DNA of 64,000 bases from Daphnia carinata (Eukaryota): positions 434,001-498,000 of the forward strand of contig NC_081334.1 in NCBI RefSeq assembly GCF_022539665.2. The letters are read 5' to 3'. This document shows, piece after piece, positions 23,226 to 34,094 of the stretch (within the stretch, counting starts at the first letter, position 1; every line of letters starts with the position of its first letter). The translations under genes were made by a program, and so were the position numbers. The notes below the pieces were generated by a model. The model was not told where the DNA came from. It did not search any database and worked only from the letters and a program-made list of their open reading frames with translations.

Positions 23226-24338
23226 GTCGTACGAGGACAACCGAAGAAATCGAGGAAGGAGGAAGCTTTTTCATTCGACCCTCTTTCACTCCTCGTTATG
23301 TGTTTATTCCTGATATTTCTCCTTCAATTTTTATGTTTACATTTACCATACTTTAATATTTACCTTTATTTTGATTTCACATACCAATATTCGCTTTAAC
23401 TCTCCTTGCTGCTATCCATCGAAATAAACTCATTGGTTGCTTAATCGTTTGTCAAACCTATGAACGTATTATCTGTTACAACATGTATCTTGTTTTTTCA
23501 CGTCGTACACTTTAACTTTCTCAATTTACGCCCCGTAGTCATTCCCTTGTTTGACAGCCCATAGTATAAGTCCACATAGATTTTGATAAGTAGAGCCTTT
23601 TGAGTAGAGAAAAAAAAATAAATAACAAAAAATCTTTTGCTTCAGAAAAAAAAATTTAGCTTGATCATATTCTTTTTGCGGATTTTCTGAACCGCAATGT
23701 CAAATTTCGTTTCCTATTTCCCTTCCTATCTCCTACACGTCACTTTCGTTATTCTCTCAACGAATAGGTCCAAATCGTAGCCGTAACTTTTATACTCTCA
23801 TTCCAATATGCCGCGCAATACTGTTCACTTTCCCTTTCGTTCGTACACTACAGCTTGGCCATAGCCAACATCAAGAATACCGTATTAGCGCCGCCTCCCT
23901 TTTCCTGGAACTAATACTACTCTTGGACCTTGGACCTTCGCGGCAAAATCTCTTCCCGTCGCAAACTTTTAAACGTTTCTTTTCTTGTCCTCCCTGATCA
24001 ACTGTCCTGTATTTTCTTACTTTCCCTTTCCGATAATTATGGTCATCTTTTTCTCTTTCCAACGATACTAAATAATATAAAAAACAAGTTGTCCTTCCCC
24101 CTCAAAACAAAACTTTATTCTAGTGCCCATTTTCCTTTCTCTTTTCCGTAGCCTACTAATAAAGCCGACGGGAAAAGCCGTTGACCTTTCGACAGCCGTA
24201 GGCTATTTCCCACTTTCACTTTTCCCACTTCTTCTTGTATGTTTTTTTTGTGTTACTTAGTTAAGCCCACACGATGACATTTTTCTTTTGTTAAGTCACA
24301 TATTTCCTTTTGTCTGTATGTACCGGTCGGATATAGAA

Positions 24339-26027
24339 ATGTCCCCCTCTGCATTCCTGCTGCTATTATGCGTGTACGGATTACATTCCCAGGCCTTCGA
24401 GACTACCGTATGCAATTGCGCGGAACCAGTGAAGGTGGGAATTCTTCAATTCTCCGATGAGAATTGTCAACCGACATCCACCGATATTAAAGCCACCAAG
24501 GTGAAATACGCCGTGTATAGTGAAGAACGCGCCGCGACTAAATTCCCGGGTTACATCTGTGCCCGTTGGAAAAATATCCGACACATCACAATGACCTTCT
24601 TCGGGCAACTATTAGTTGTGCCGGACAAAATCCCAATTGATACTACCCCTGCCGACTGCAACGAAATGATTGGCAACAAGAGGTGCAATGATAACCGGAT
24701 GACTTTTGTCGACGGAAAATTTGTGTTCGACAATGAACCAGATATCTCTGGATACTGGTTACAAACAATCGATTCGTCAATCATAAACTGCGTTCTCGAG
24801 AAAGTCGAACTTTTCCAGCAAAAGGAGGATGCAGACTTCTCAACACCCATCGGAATTGCTTCTGCTACGTCCGGGAATTTGTCCCACAATCACTTAACAC
24901 TGATTTGGGACAAAACCTACACACAGAAAACCAAAGTAACTACCAGACTCGTCGAAGACGGCATCGGTATACTGACCCGATTGCCAGGAGAAAAACCACT
25001 CCTTAGACTCCAAGATGACAAAAACCAATTGGACTTCCACCTGACACCAGTACTGCGCTGCGTTTCAGTACAACAAAATTGCTCCAATAGAACTTCTTCA
25101 TATGAAATCGTCGGCCAATCAAAACTCTTCGTCACGACGGCAGCCATAATGGAAAAAGCAACCCCAGTGGAGACCCGAGCGCAACTCGGCGCCGAAAACT
25201 TAAATATTCCGGCCAATATCCAATACATCCGTGATCAACTCACCGACCACGAGAATGAATTGGCACGACAGGTTCAACTACTTCAATGTGAAGCTCGTAA
25301 AGCCAAACATGAAAGGGCCGTCACAACCGCCCAATATAATGGATGGCTAGCGGCCTCACAATTAAACTTACCCCGGTGCACGAAATTACAAGCATTCGGG
25401 AAGACGGTCGTATTAATTCAATGTCAGGCCTTAAATGTCACATTTGAGACTGTATTGACTTCATGCGGACCGCAACCAAAATTCCAAAATTATACGATTA
25501 ACCTCGATGGCTGGGAACTCGTAAAATATTCCCCTTGTTATTGGACAAATGGATTTGTCAATTTCAATAACAAACCCTATGCCTTCCGTAATAATACGTG
25601 GGAACAACTCGAAGCCACAATTGTATTGCCTGAGCAAACGCTGGCACACTCTTTCCGCTACGAGAACGTCGAATTTTTCGACTACGAACACCAAAGTAAC
25701 CCGGCATACACCGACAATATGCTTAACCACATGAACATCATGGCCGACATAGCAGCCGTGATCAACGAACATCCATCATCCGAATTTACGTCGCACGGTA
25801 AACCCAGCGCCACAAATATTTTCATAACGGCCTCCAGTGTCGGAGCTTACACATCTTGGTGGGAAACAATAAAAAATTACTTCTTCATCGGCATCATGTG
25901 CATCCTCGTATTACTCTTCCTACGCATCTGCTACTGTTGCGGTCTCTTCAAGATCTTCTGGGTTATATGCCGTCGCCCTCATAAACGTTCAACATCCTCC
26001 GAATCCATCCCCATGCATCAAGTCTGA
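24339..26027 (+). CDS. env: Element B env-like type I membrane glycoprotein, probable class III fusion protein
   Basis: Signal peptide MSPSAFLLLLCVYGLHSQA, Cys-rich ectodomain with N-glycosylation sequons, C-terminal TM YFFIGIMCILVLLFLRICYCC and a short tail. It lies immediately before the 3' LTR and is uninterrupted. Confidence 0.85.
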   Translation: MSPSAFLLLLCVYGLHSQAFETTVCNCAEPVKVGILQFSDENCQPTSTDIKATKVKYAVYSEERAATKFPGYICARWKNIRHITMTFFGQLLVVPDKIPIDTTPADCNEMIGNKRCNDNRMTFVDGKFVFDNEPDISGYWLQTIDSSIINCVLEKVELFQQKEDADFSTPIGIASATSGNLSHNHLTLIWDKTYTQKTKVTTRLVEDGIGILTRLPGEKPLLRLQDDKNQLDFHLTPVLRCVSVQQNCSNRTSSYEIVGQSKLFVTTAAIMEKATPVETRAQLGAENLNIPANIQYIRDQLTDHENELARQVQLLQCEARKAKHERAVTTAQYNGWLAASQLNLPRCTKLQAFGKTVVLIQCQALNVTFETVLTSCGPQPKFQNYTINLDGWELVKYSPCYWTNGFVNFNNKPYAFRNNTWEQLEATIVLPEQTLAHSFRYENVEFFDYEHQSNPAYTDNMLNHMNIMADIAAVINEHPSSEFTSHGKPSATNIFITASSVGAYTSWWETIKNYFFIGIMCILVLLFLRICYCCGLFKIFWVICRRPHKRSTSSESIPMHQV

Positions 26028-26060
26028 TTACGAGACGTAATCTCACGCCGCCGGGAGTGA

Positions 26061-26754
26061 TGTAAAGAAGCAAATAAATGTTTTTATTTGATATGCCTTC
26101 CCGTTTATTCTTTATGTATGACTCATGTGTTACGCCATATAAACTGCGCAGTAGTGTATTATATTACATCGGCACCTTGCCGCTTAGCAACATTTGTGAT
26201 TGGCTGCTTAGGCGTTGATCTGTATTGCACCATCAACTTAATATATCAAATTTCATTAGTTGCGACATGTAATTGCGCAGTTGTTAATTGCTGTGCAATA
26301 TGCGAGGTTTCGTGGTGAACCAAGATCTGAGTAAGTTCAGTTGTCGATGAGCCTCTGACTCTTACAGGCGGAGTTCAAGTTCAGCTAGTGCTCCCCATTG
26401 ATAAATTTGTGCAAGTGAATTGAGCTGTGTCACGTGCTTGTCTGAGTGTTCGGTTCACCCATATTGTTTACCCACGTGCCGACGAACTCCTGTTAACGCC
26501 GCCTTCTCTTATATCCTCGCCACGTGCTCCGCTCAAGCCACCGCGGTAAGCTTATACTACAGTATCATATTACACTCCGACTTCTCTTTCTTTAGTCTGA
26601 CTCCTTTTGTCTTATCCCAAACTGACTTCTGTACCGCTTAGCCCTACTTGGATAAATATAAATCATCGTGTGGGTAAATCGCCTCCGAGTTCGATTCATT
26701 TCAATTTGTCTTAATTCCGTAAAGTACATCTTCTCACAGAGAAGATGCTTTACA
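26061..26754 (+). repeat. 3' LTR of element B
   Basis: Direct repeat of 9804-10496. Confidence 0.97.
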
Positions 26755-27724
26755 CTATCTACACGGCGAATCGCCTGAAAAGATGGGCATTGATCCTGAT
26801 GACTTATGACCTCACCATTGAATATCAGAAGACAACCGAATTTGGTCAAGTAGACGCACTCTCACGTCTTATGGATCAGCAAAGGACCCAGCCAGAAGAC
26901 ATGGTCATTGCAAAAATTGAACGAGCCGTCAATGCAGTATGGGCCGAAGCATTACGAGCATTACCTGTAACGGCACGGGAAATCGCACAAGAAACACAAA
27001 ATGATCCTGTATTACCCCAAATTATAAAGGGAGTGAGCACAGGAGGTTGGCAGGAAGGTCAACCGGGATCTGCGCTAGCTGCATTTCGTAACCGAAGAAA
27101 GTCACTTTCGGCAATAAAGAATTGTTTATTCTTTGGCCACAGAATCGTGATTCCTCAAGTTTTACAACACCGAGTGTTGACCATGTTACACGAAGGTCAT
27201 CCTGGTTCCACTCGCACGAAAATGTTAGCGCGCAGCTACGTGTACTGGCACAACATCGATCAAGACATCGTAGACTTGGTGGGAAGATGCACAAAGTGTC
27301 AGGAGTCAGCTAAAAATCCTGTTAAAAACGAGTTAAGTTCGTGGCCTAAAACTACGGGCCCCTGGCAACGAATTCACATAGATTTTGCTGGCTCATTGGA
27401 GGGGAAAATGTTCCTAGTGGTAGTTGATGCTTTTTCTAAGTGGCCAGAGATCATCGAGATGACCTCGACAACTACAGAAGCCACAATTTGGATACCCAAA
27501 TATGCTCGTTTCGGATAACGGAACTCAATTCATGGCTGCAGTGTTCCAAGATTTTTGTGAAAAACACAACATCCAACATGTCAGATCACCGCCGTTTCAC
27601 CCGCAATCGAATGGCCAGGCAGAGCGATTTGTCGACTCATTTAAAAGAGCATTGAAGAAAATGAGAGGGGAGGGAGCTGTAGGTGAAACTTTACAGACAT
27701 TCTTGTTTACCTACCGCAAGACGC
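26755..27724 (+). pseudogene. Element A integrase, N-terminal part and core, cut by Copia D
   Basis: LHEGHPG..CTKCQ, WQRIHIDFAG, LVSDNGTQF, SNGQAERFVDSFKR. A small deletion/frameshift lies near 27490. Confidence 0.92.
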
Positions 27725-28716
27725 TGTTGAAGTATTAAATACTTGCTTGTCTTCAATCTCATTTTTGGGTGTTTATGGTTGGTACGGTAGCCGGAGAAAT
27801 AGGACCTGGAGAAATAGGACCCGAAGATTTAGGACCTATAAATAGGACCTGGAGAAATAGGACCTGGAGGAATAGGACCCAATCTTCAAACATTTTTTGA
27901 AGGGTCCTATTTCTCCATATTGCGGGTCCTATTTCTCCAGCCTTAAAGTCCTATTTCTCCATCATAAAAAATCAATGTACAATTGGTTTTCCTATATGTT
28001 AAAAAAAACCCGAACGGCCTATATTGGTTTCTGCACTCCAAACACCGTTATCAATATGACGCCTCTTCATTGCATTACAACTTTTTTTTTAAATTTACAT
28101 TCATAATATTTTTGCAGGATTATATCCTTTTTCTATTGCTTTTTAGAGCTCATTTAATAGAAAAGTAATTTTGCTTACACAGTATTTGAATTTTTGCATT
28201 TTACATTTTCTTACTGGTGTTTTCAGGCCTACCATCACCCGCCCTTTACTAGTGTCACTATTCACTTTTTTTTTCTTCGTGCCTCAATAAGAATTCTTGG
28301 GAGGGCGCATAAGTACCTCTTAATAAACAGATAACTAAGAAAATTATTACATAAAAATAATTTAATAAACGTTAATTTCATAATAAAACACTGTTTGCCC
28401 TTGCGCAAAATATTGTTTTTTACGATATATATGGCAACGGTTACTACTGCAATAATCAGACCCAGTCACGTCTGACGCAACTGGGGGATTAAGGCACACA
28501 AAAAATACAATACTGACAACGGTCAGGTTAATTTCTTAACTTAATATTCTGGTCAGCGTTTGGTGGGTGGTACACAAATGATGTTTGGTTAGGATCCGCC
28601 AGCCAGTCACGTCGGCTGCACGGATATGAAAAGAGCAATGTTAGACAGAAAGGAATATAGGGTTGCGAGGGTACTTACGTGGAAGCCATGTCTTTTAAGT
28701 AGACGGAGAAGTTGCG

Positions 28717-28830
28717 GTGCGGCGTCGGCAGTACAGCGGCAGGCGGCGTCGTCGGCAGTACAGCGGCAGGCAGCGGCGTCGGCAGTACAGCGGCAGGCAG
28801 CGGCGTCGGGCAGTACAGCGGCAGGCAGCG
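28717..28830. repeat. 24-bp GC-rich tandem repeat (about 4.5 copies) in the long LTR of F
   Basis: GCGGCGTCGGCAGTACAGCGGCAG units. Confidence 0.9.
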
Positions 28831-29428
28831 GGAAGAGGGAAAACGGCGTCTCGGCTGGGTACTCGCGGTGGTGAATTAAGGAACACGGTGGGTGGGTGTT
28901 GGGTCACAGTGTATTCACTTTTCCAATTGGGGTTACACGACACTTTAAACTAACTAACAAATGTACTTAAACACAAGGCGAACTACACTCTAATGTGGCT
29001 AAACGCTGCTACACCACTACACAACTACACGGATGGCAATGTATGGAAAGACTAAAAAAAGGCAGAGCCCAGGCGTGGGTTTTATACCACGCCTTGGCTT
29101 GATGATGCTAAAGTTAGCGTGGGTACGCTAAAGTTTTAGCGTGGGGACGCTAAAGTTTTAGCGTGGGGTAATAAAACAGAAAATAGTGTCAAGAGGGGAA
29201 GCGAGGTCAACTGATAAGGCTGGTGTCGTTGACACCTCGGTTAAACGGAAGAAGCAATAAAAGAGAAATTTGAGTAAAAGGAGGTCAATGAGGGTGAAAC
29301 ACAACATGAACAAGTACGCAAAATACTTAACTAAATTTATTTTAACTTTACGTTTCGCTGGAGTCCTTACATGACTCCCCTCCTCGGAAGATTGCGTCCC
29401 GCAATCGATTCCGCTAGCCGGCCACTAG

Positions 29429-30106
29429 TCACCTAGGGTCGGTCCTGTTTTTTTTGTCGTCGCTCATCGGCGTGGATGATCGTGGTTCCGGTTCCTCCTG
29501 GTTACTCCAAAGGTCGGCTACTAAGTTCTTCCAATTGGTGGTTTCCCAGTCGTCCTCGTCCTTCCTTTGGGAGGGAATCCGGTACTGGCGTTCGACGTAT
29601 CGTGCTGCGGCGAAATCTTCTTCGTCGGAGTCCAAGGAGTAGTGGCTGCTCACGACGCTGACGTGGTGTTCTTCGCCTTGCATCCTGGCGATGCTGTCGT
29701 TTAACGCCGCGACGTCCAGCCCGTTTTGCTGGATATCGCTGTCTGGCGTCAGACAGTATGGTGATCCCTGGGGGTGAGCGACCGCGCCCTCCGCTGGGTA
29801 TAAGATCACGGTCGACGTACCTGAGGAGAACGAGTCGTCCTCCCAAGACACGTCTTCGACAAGCAGGGAGGACTCGTCCGTGTCGTCGGTGACGTCGGAT
29901 CCGTACGAGACTTCGTCGTCGTGAGGGTAATCCACACAACATAACATTTCATCGTCGTCGGTCACGTCCTGCACGTCGCTGTCGTGGGAGGGGTAGTCCG
30001 CGCAATACAAGATGTCTTCATCGTCGGTGACGTACTGCATGTCGCTGTTGTTGGAGGGGTAGTCCGCGCAATACAAGATGTCTTCGTCGTCGGTGACGTC
30101 TTGCAT
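29429..30106 (-). CDS. Acidic protein of unknown function inside element F
   Basis: 225-aa ATG ORF with three near-identical units (MQDVTDDEDILYCADYPS) and a degenerate fourth. It ends just before the pre-PPT hairpin. Confidence 0.5.
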   Translation of the reverse strand: MQDVTDDEDILYCADYPSNNSDMQYVTDDEDILYCADYPSHDSDVQDVTDDDEMLCCVDYPHDDEVSYGSDVTDDTDESSLLVEDVSWEDDSFSSGTSTVILYPAEGAVAHPQGSPYCLTPDSDIQQNGLDVAALNDSIARMQGEEHHVSVVSSHYSLDSDEEDFAAARYVERQYRIPSQRKDEDDWETTNWKNLVADLWSNQEEPEPRSSTPMSDDKKNRTDPR

Positions 30107-31815
30107 GTCGCTATGGTCAGCGGTTTTGATTGACGAGGTTGGGGTCCTAGGGTAAATTCAGGTAGGATTAAGGATATGCTGGAGTTGGGGGTGGTCGTGG
30201 GGTGTGGTATGTGTCGGGGTATGGGTAGGGGGACATACATACATAACATTTTACGGCCCATTAATACTATTCATGGTTACCCTAAGGGTCTACAATGCAA
30301 AAAAAAAAGGGGGGGGGGGGGGGGTAGGTCTTGGTTAGTGAGTTGAAAGGGGGGCGGCTGCTTCTCGTCGTTGTGACAAGCGGAGAGGGTAGGCGGTCGA
30401 TTGTCCCAGGTACTGTGGGTTTAGGGAGGGTCTCGTCGTGCCGTTTGGTGCCGTTGCTGTTGGGGTTGGTATGGTGACGATGGTTACTGGGGCGCTTGGT
30501 GTTGGTCTTGCGGCTAATGTGGGTCCCATCTCGACGTCTTGACGAATGGATTGTGGTGGTGTTAACCAGCTGCAGGGGTTGAAGTACCTGCAGCATGGGA
30601 TATATAATCCAAGGAGTGTACCCAATCCACAGAACCGGAAGGCCAAGGCGATTGCCACTCCGACTCCTGACAGGATCCCATCGCTGCCACCACATGCAAC
30701 AATTGAAATAAGTCGGGTTGCGAGGTTTCAGTTTATTTTAAAAATCGGTACCAAGACATTACAAAATTCACAACTAGTCAGTGTGACGGCTAAAGGAGGA
30801 CTTTCTCTTGGGAAGCTCGGGCGGGGGTTTTATACCGCGCTTTTGCTTGGGGACGCTAAGGTTAGCGTGGGTAATAAAGCAGCGAAACGGTGTCAAAAGG
30901 GAAACGAGGTTAGCAGATACGGTTGGTGTCGTTGACACCCCGGTCAACCGGAAGAAGGTAATAAAAGGGGAGACCGTAGCGAAAAAGGTCGACTGCGGTA
31001 GAAAGATAGCAAGGGCAATATGCGAGTTGAGTTGAGCTTGAAGTCCTTACACTACAAGCAGACGACTGTTGCAAGCTCGAAGTGTCAACAGCCTACAATT
31101 CTATGAATCGTTGAAGTTGTTTATTGTAAGCGGTGTTTGTTTGACAGGTAAGTGGCTAGTTTCAGTAAAATTAAAAATGTTCTATTTCATAGGTTTGGCA
31201 GTTTTGGTACATTTCAAATTCATGTTGGCATTAGCACCACAAAAGAAAAAAATTTACTTGGAAGGAAAGGTATTTAAAGTGTAGACATAATTTTATTAAT
31301 TGCAGTTGGAAATTTGACACAGATTACTAATCCGAAATGTTTCTTAGGTGGTTACTTTCAAGGATAATCATAAAACTAGAGCATGATTTACCATGAATCA
31401 TTTGGGAACCAACTTGTTAGCTGCCTTATAACTATCATCCTTCTGGTAATCTAGATTTTCAGAGATTTTTTGTTCGTGAAATTTATGTAATCATTTTTCT
31501 TATCGTTCAGATGAAATAACAGCATTACGGCTGTTAGTTACGTCAAGACATTCATCTCAAGATGCAAGTACTGAGCTTTAACGGATTTCAATTTATAGAA
31601 GCACGACATCCAATTCTGTTGTTGAGGAGAAAACCAACTACACACCCAGCTATGAATGGTAAGATATGTGTAAGTGAATCTAAATTAATTTTATTTTTAT
31701 GATTTAAAGGCTTTTCGTTCTTCCGTTCACGTTCAAGGCTACAACTCATCGAATCGGACTTTTATAAGCATGCCATAAAATATCTCGCCATTTTTAATTG
31801 AATCATTTGTTCTAG

Positions 31816-32385
31816 GTCTTAGTCATTGGTGAAGAAAACCACTTGCCTTACATGAGGCCACCACTATCGCGTAAGAATTGTGGTTCAGTGACGATCCCGA
31901 AGTGTCAAACAAACTGAAGTTTAAGCAGTGGAACGGAAAAAAGTGAAGGTGATTGTCTAAAGTTATAATATTGTGTTGCGCTATTTTAATGAATGTGACC
32001 TATTTTTGGATCCAGTTTGTTCTTCGATCAGGATGAATTCTACTGCAGTCCAGTGGAATTAGTTGCCAAAGAAAATGGTGGTGTTTCAGTTGTGCGAGGA
32101 CATCATGTAGTTAAACTGGACATTGCTGGTCGCAAAGCCGAGTTAGATGACGGCCTTACCATCACCTACCACAAGTGCCTTATTGCCACAGGTGAATTTC
32201 TTTCGTATTTATCTAAAATTTAAAGTACTCGATAATTATAACTTTTTGGAATGTTGAAAAACTTTTATAATCTTCCTACTAGATAGTATCTGAGAGCCAT
32301 TGTTTAATTATTATTTCAGTTAGACGCATTTTCAACTATTAACTACCTTAATTTATTATCGTCTTAGGTGGCAAACCCTAACATC
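31816..32385 (+). pseudogene. AIFM1: Captured fragment of apoptosis-inducing factor (mitochondrial flavoprotein), introns retained
   Basis: Exons VLVIGEENHLPYMRPPLS/KELWFSDDPEVSNKLKFKQWNGK and LFFDQDEFY..ENGGVSVVRG..ITYHKCLIATG|GKP, separated by GT-AG introns. Frameshifted and truncated. Confidence 0.88.
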
Positions 32386-32732
32386 CAGCAGGAATAAAGA
32401 TGGTAAAAACCCGGATTCGTTCCATGTTGTTCATTCTTGTTGCATGCTATATTATATGTTATTGTTCGTTTTTCTTGTTCGTAATTTTCATTCATCAAAC
32501 CTGAGTTTTTTTTTCTTTCTTAGTTTTGGAAGCAGTTGAAAGGCCCGCAGAGTAAAACAACAGAGTTATTCGACTTTCTCCATCAGCAACAATAGCAGCC
32601 TGAGCAACGGCCGCATAGCAGTGTGAAAAAAAAGTGAAAAAAATTCAAGTCAGTTGCCATTTTTCTTTATACTATTTGCCATACTTTGTGTTAACGTCGT
32701 AAGACTTTAAATTACCAAATTTATCTTTGCAG

Positions 32733-33632
32733 ATCTCGGACGCAGTGCAGTTGTTCGCCGATTATTCGAAGAGCATACGAAACTATTTATACGATGTCGA
32801 TGGCAATATTCTGCTTGATGTTTACACTCAAACCTCTTCAGTTCCATTGGGTTACAACCACCCTGAATTATTAGATGTCAAGATAAGGAAAACATCAGAA
32901 CGTAATTGAATTGATTATTTACCTGTCTGGGCAACATCAAAATTTTAATTTATATTTCTCAAAGATTCATAAACCGACCTGCCCTCGGTGTATTTCCTGG
33001 TGAAAATTATCCTCAGCGAGTCCAGAATTCTCTGTTACGTATTGCTCCCAAAGGCCATACAGAGGTAAGTTGTAGCTCCTTAATTGTTCCGATCTATTGC
33101 AAATAATAAAAAATATATTTAAAGGTAACGACGATGGCGTGTGGATCGTGCTCAAACGAAAATGCGTACAAGGCAATTTTCGTTTGGTATCGCCGGAAAC
33201 AGAGGGGAGATAAGTCATATACCCCAGAGGAGAAGACGAGTTGCGTAATGAACCAATTGCCTGGTGTTTCCGACCTGACTGTTATGTCTTTCAAAGGTAT
33301 TTAGAAACACATTACAATGTTGAATCAATATTAAATTAAAGCCTTTGCTCTGTTACAAAAAGCGCTTTCCACGACAGAACGTTTGGTACGTTAATCACGA
33401 CTCATACCAAGCCAGTCCATAAACTGGACATTCCTACAAAGGACTGGCCAATTGGAACCTTCCCTCGCCACAAGGTTAGTTTTAAAATTTCAATTAGGCT
33501 CAAACTATTACCTGATCTCATATTTCTTGTAATTTTAGTATCCGTTGGAAGTATTTGTGCGTGAAAATGAGGAAGAAGATCGTCGCTGTTTGGCGGAAGT
33601 TGAAGAGCTTTTTGATCGGTACAACAAATGTA
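32733..33632 (+). pseudogene. ABAT: Captured fragment of 4-aminobutyrate aminotransferase (GABA-T), introns retained
   Basis: Exons [111 protein letters not shown]. Disrupted and truncated. Confidence 0.9.
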
Positions 33633-33799
33633 AATAATATGCTTACCTGGATTTAGTTCGTCTGTTGCTACTGAAGTCAAATCGAAAAAGTTTTTTTTGA
33701 ATTTTTTGTTTAATTATTTGTATTTTGTAAAAATAAATGATATGTAAATCAATTACCAAAAATTTATGGTTTTATTTTAATTTAAACAAATTTTCTTGC

Positions 33800-34094
33800 G
33801 TCCTTTGGCTGCCGCGATCCGGACATTCCGCGGATGTTCCAATACGTACGTTCACTGAACGTACGGATTTGCCATCCTGCAGACGTCCAACTAAGGACGT
33901 CCGCAGTACTCCCAAATAAGGACGTTACCAGGACTTCCAATTAATTACGTCCGTAGGACGTCCTCCAATGGACGTCCCTAAAACCGGACATTAGGACATC
34001 CTGGTGACGTACATCTGCCGTCAGAATGGGACGTCCCGATCGGCCAGCCAGGATGTAGATTAGATGTCCCTGGGACGAACAAAGGCTAGTAGGG
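33800..34094 (-). mobile_element. Single end of a DNA transposon with GGACGTCC-type subterminal repeats
   Basis: Dense GGACGTCC/GGACATCC motifs ending in ...GGCTAGTAGGG|TA. No partner end was found. Confidence 0.45.

Larger units (their letters stand above)
9804..26754 (+). mobile_element. Element B: env-bearing Ty3/gypsy (endogenous retrovirus-like) element inserted in A's RNase H
   Basis: LTRs are 9804-10496 (693 bp) and 26061-26754 (694 bp); one 1-bp indel was seen between them. The TSD is CTAT (9800-9803 / 26755-26758), and removing B restores A's KKGIPIYTANRL. PBS TGGTGGCAGCG at 10500 matches tRNA-Leu. Confidence 0.96.
28448..31051 (-). mobile_element. Element F: non-autonomous LTR element with unequal LTRs
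   Basis: The TSD is CTAC (28444-28447 / 31052-31055). Both LTRs start TGTAAGGACT and end TTGCA on the minus strand (31051-30695; 29371-28448). PBS TGGTGGCAGCGATGGG is at 30692-30677 and PPT GAGGAGGGGAG abuts 29371. No gag or pol. Confidence 0.85.

Noticed and set aside
27790..27960. Regularly repeated GGAGAAATAGGACC units resembling a CRISPR array
   Set aside because: There are no unique spacers, the array is mirrored in inverted form at 35150-35339, and the context is eukaryotic. These are transposon subterminal repeats.
28626..28953. Ala/Arg-rich repeat ORFs in several frames
   Set aside because: They are produced by a 24-bp stop-free tandem repeat within an LTR.
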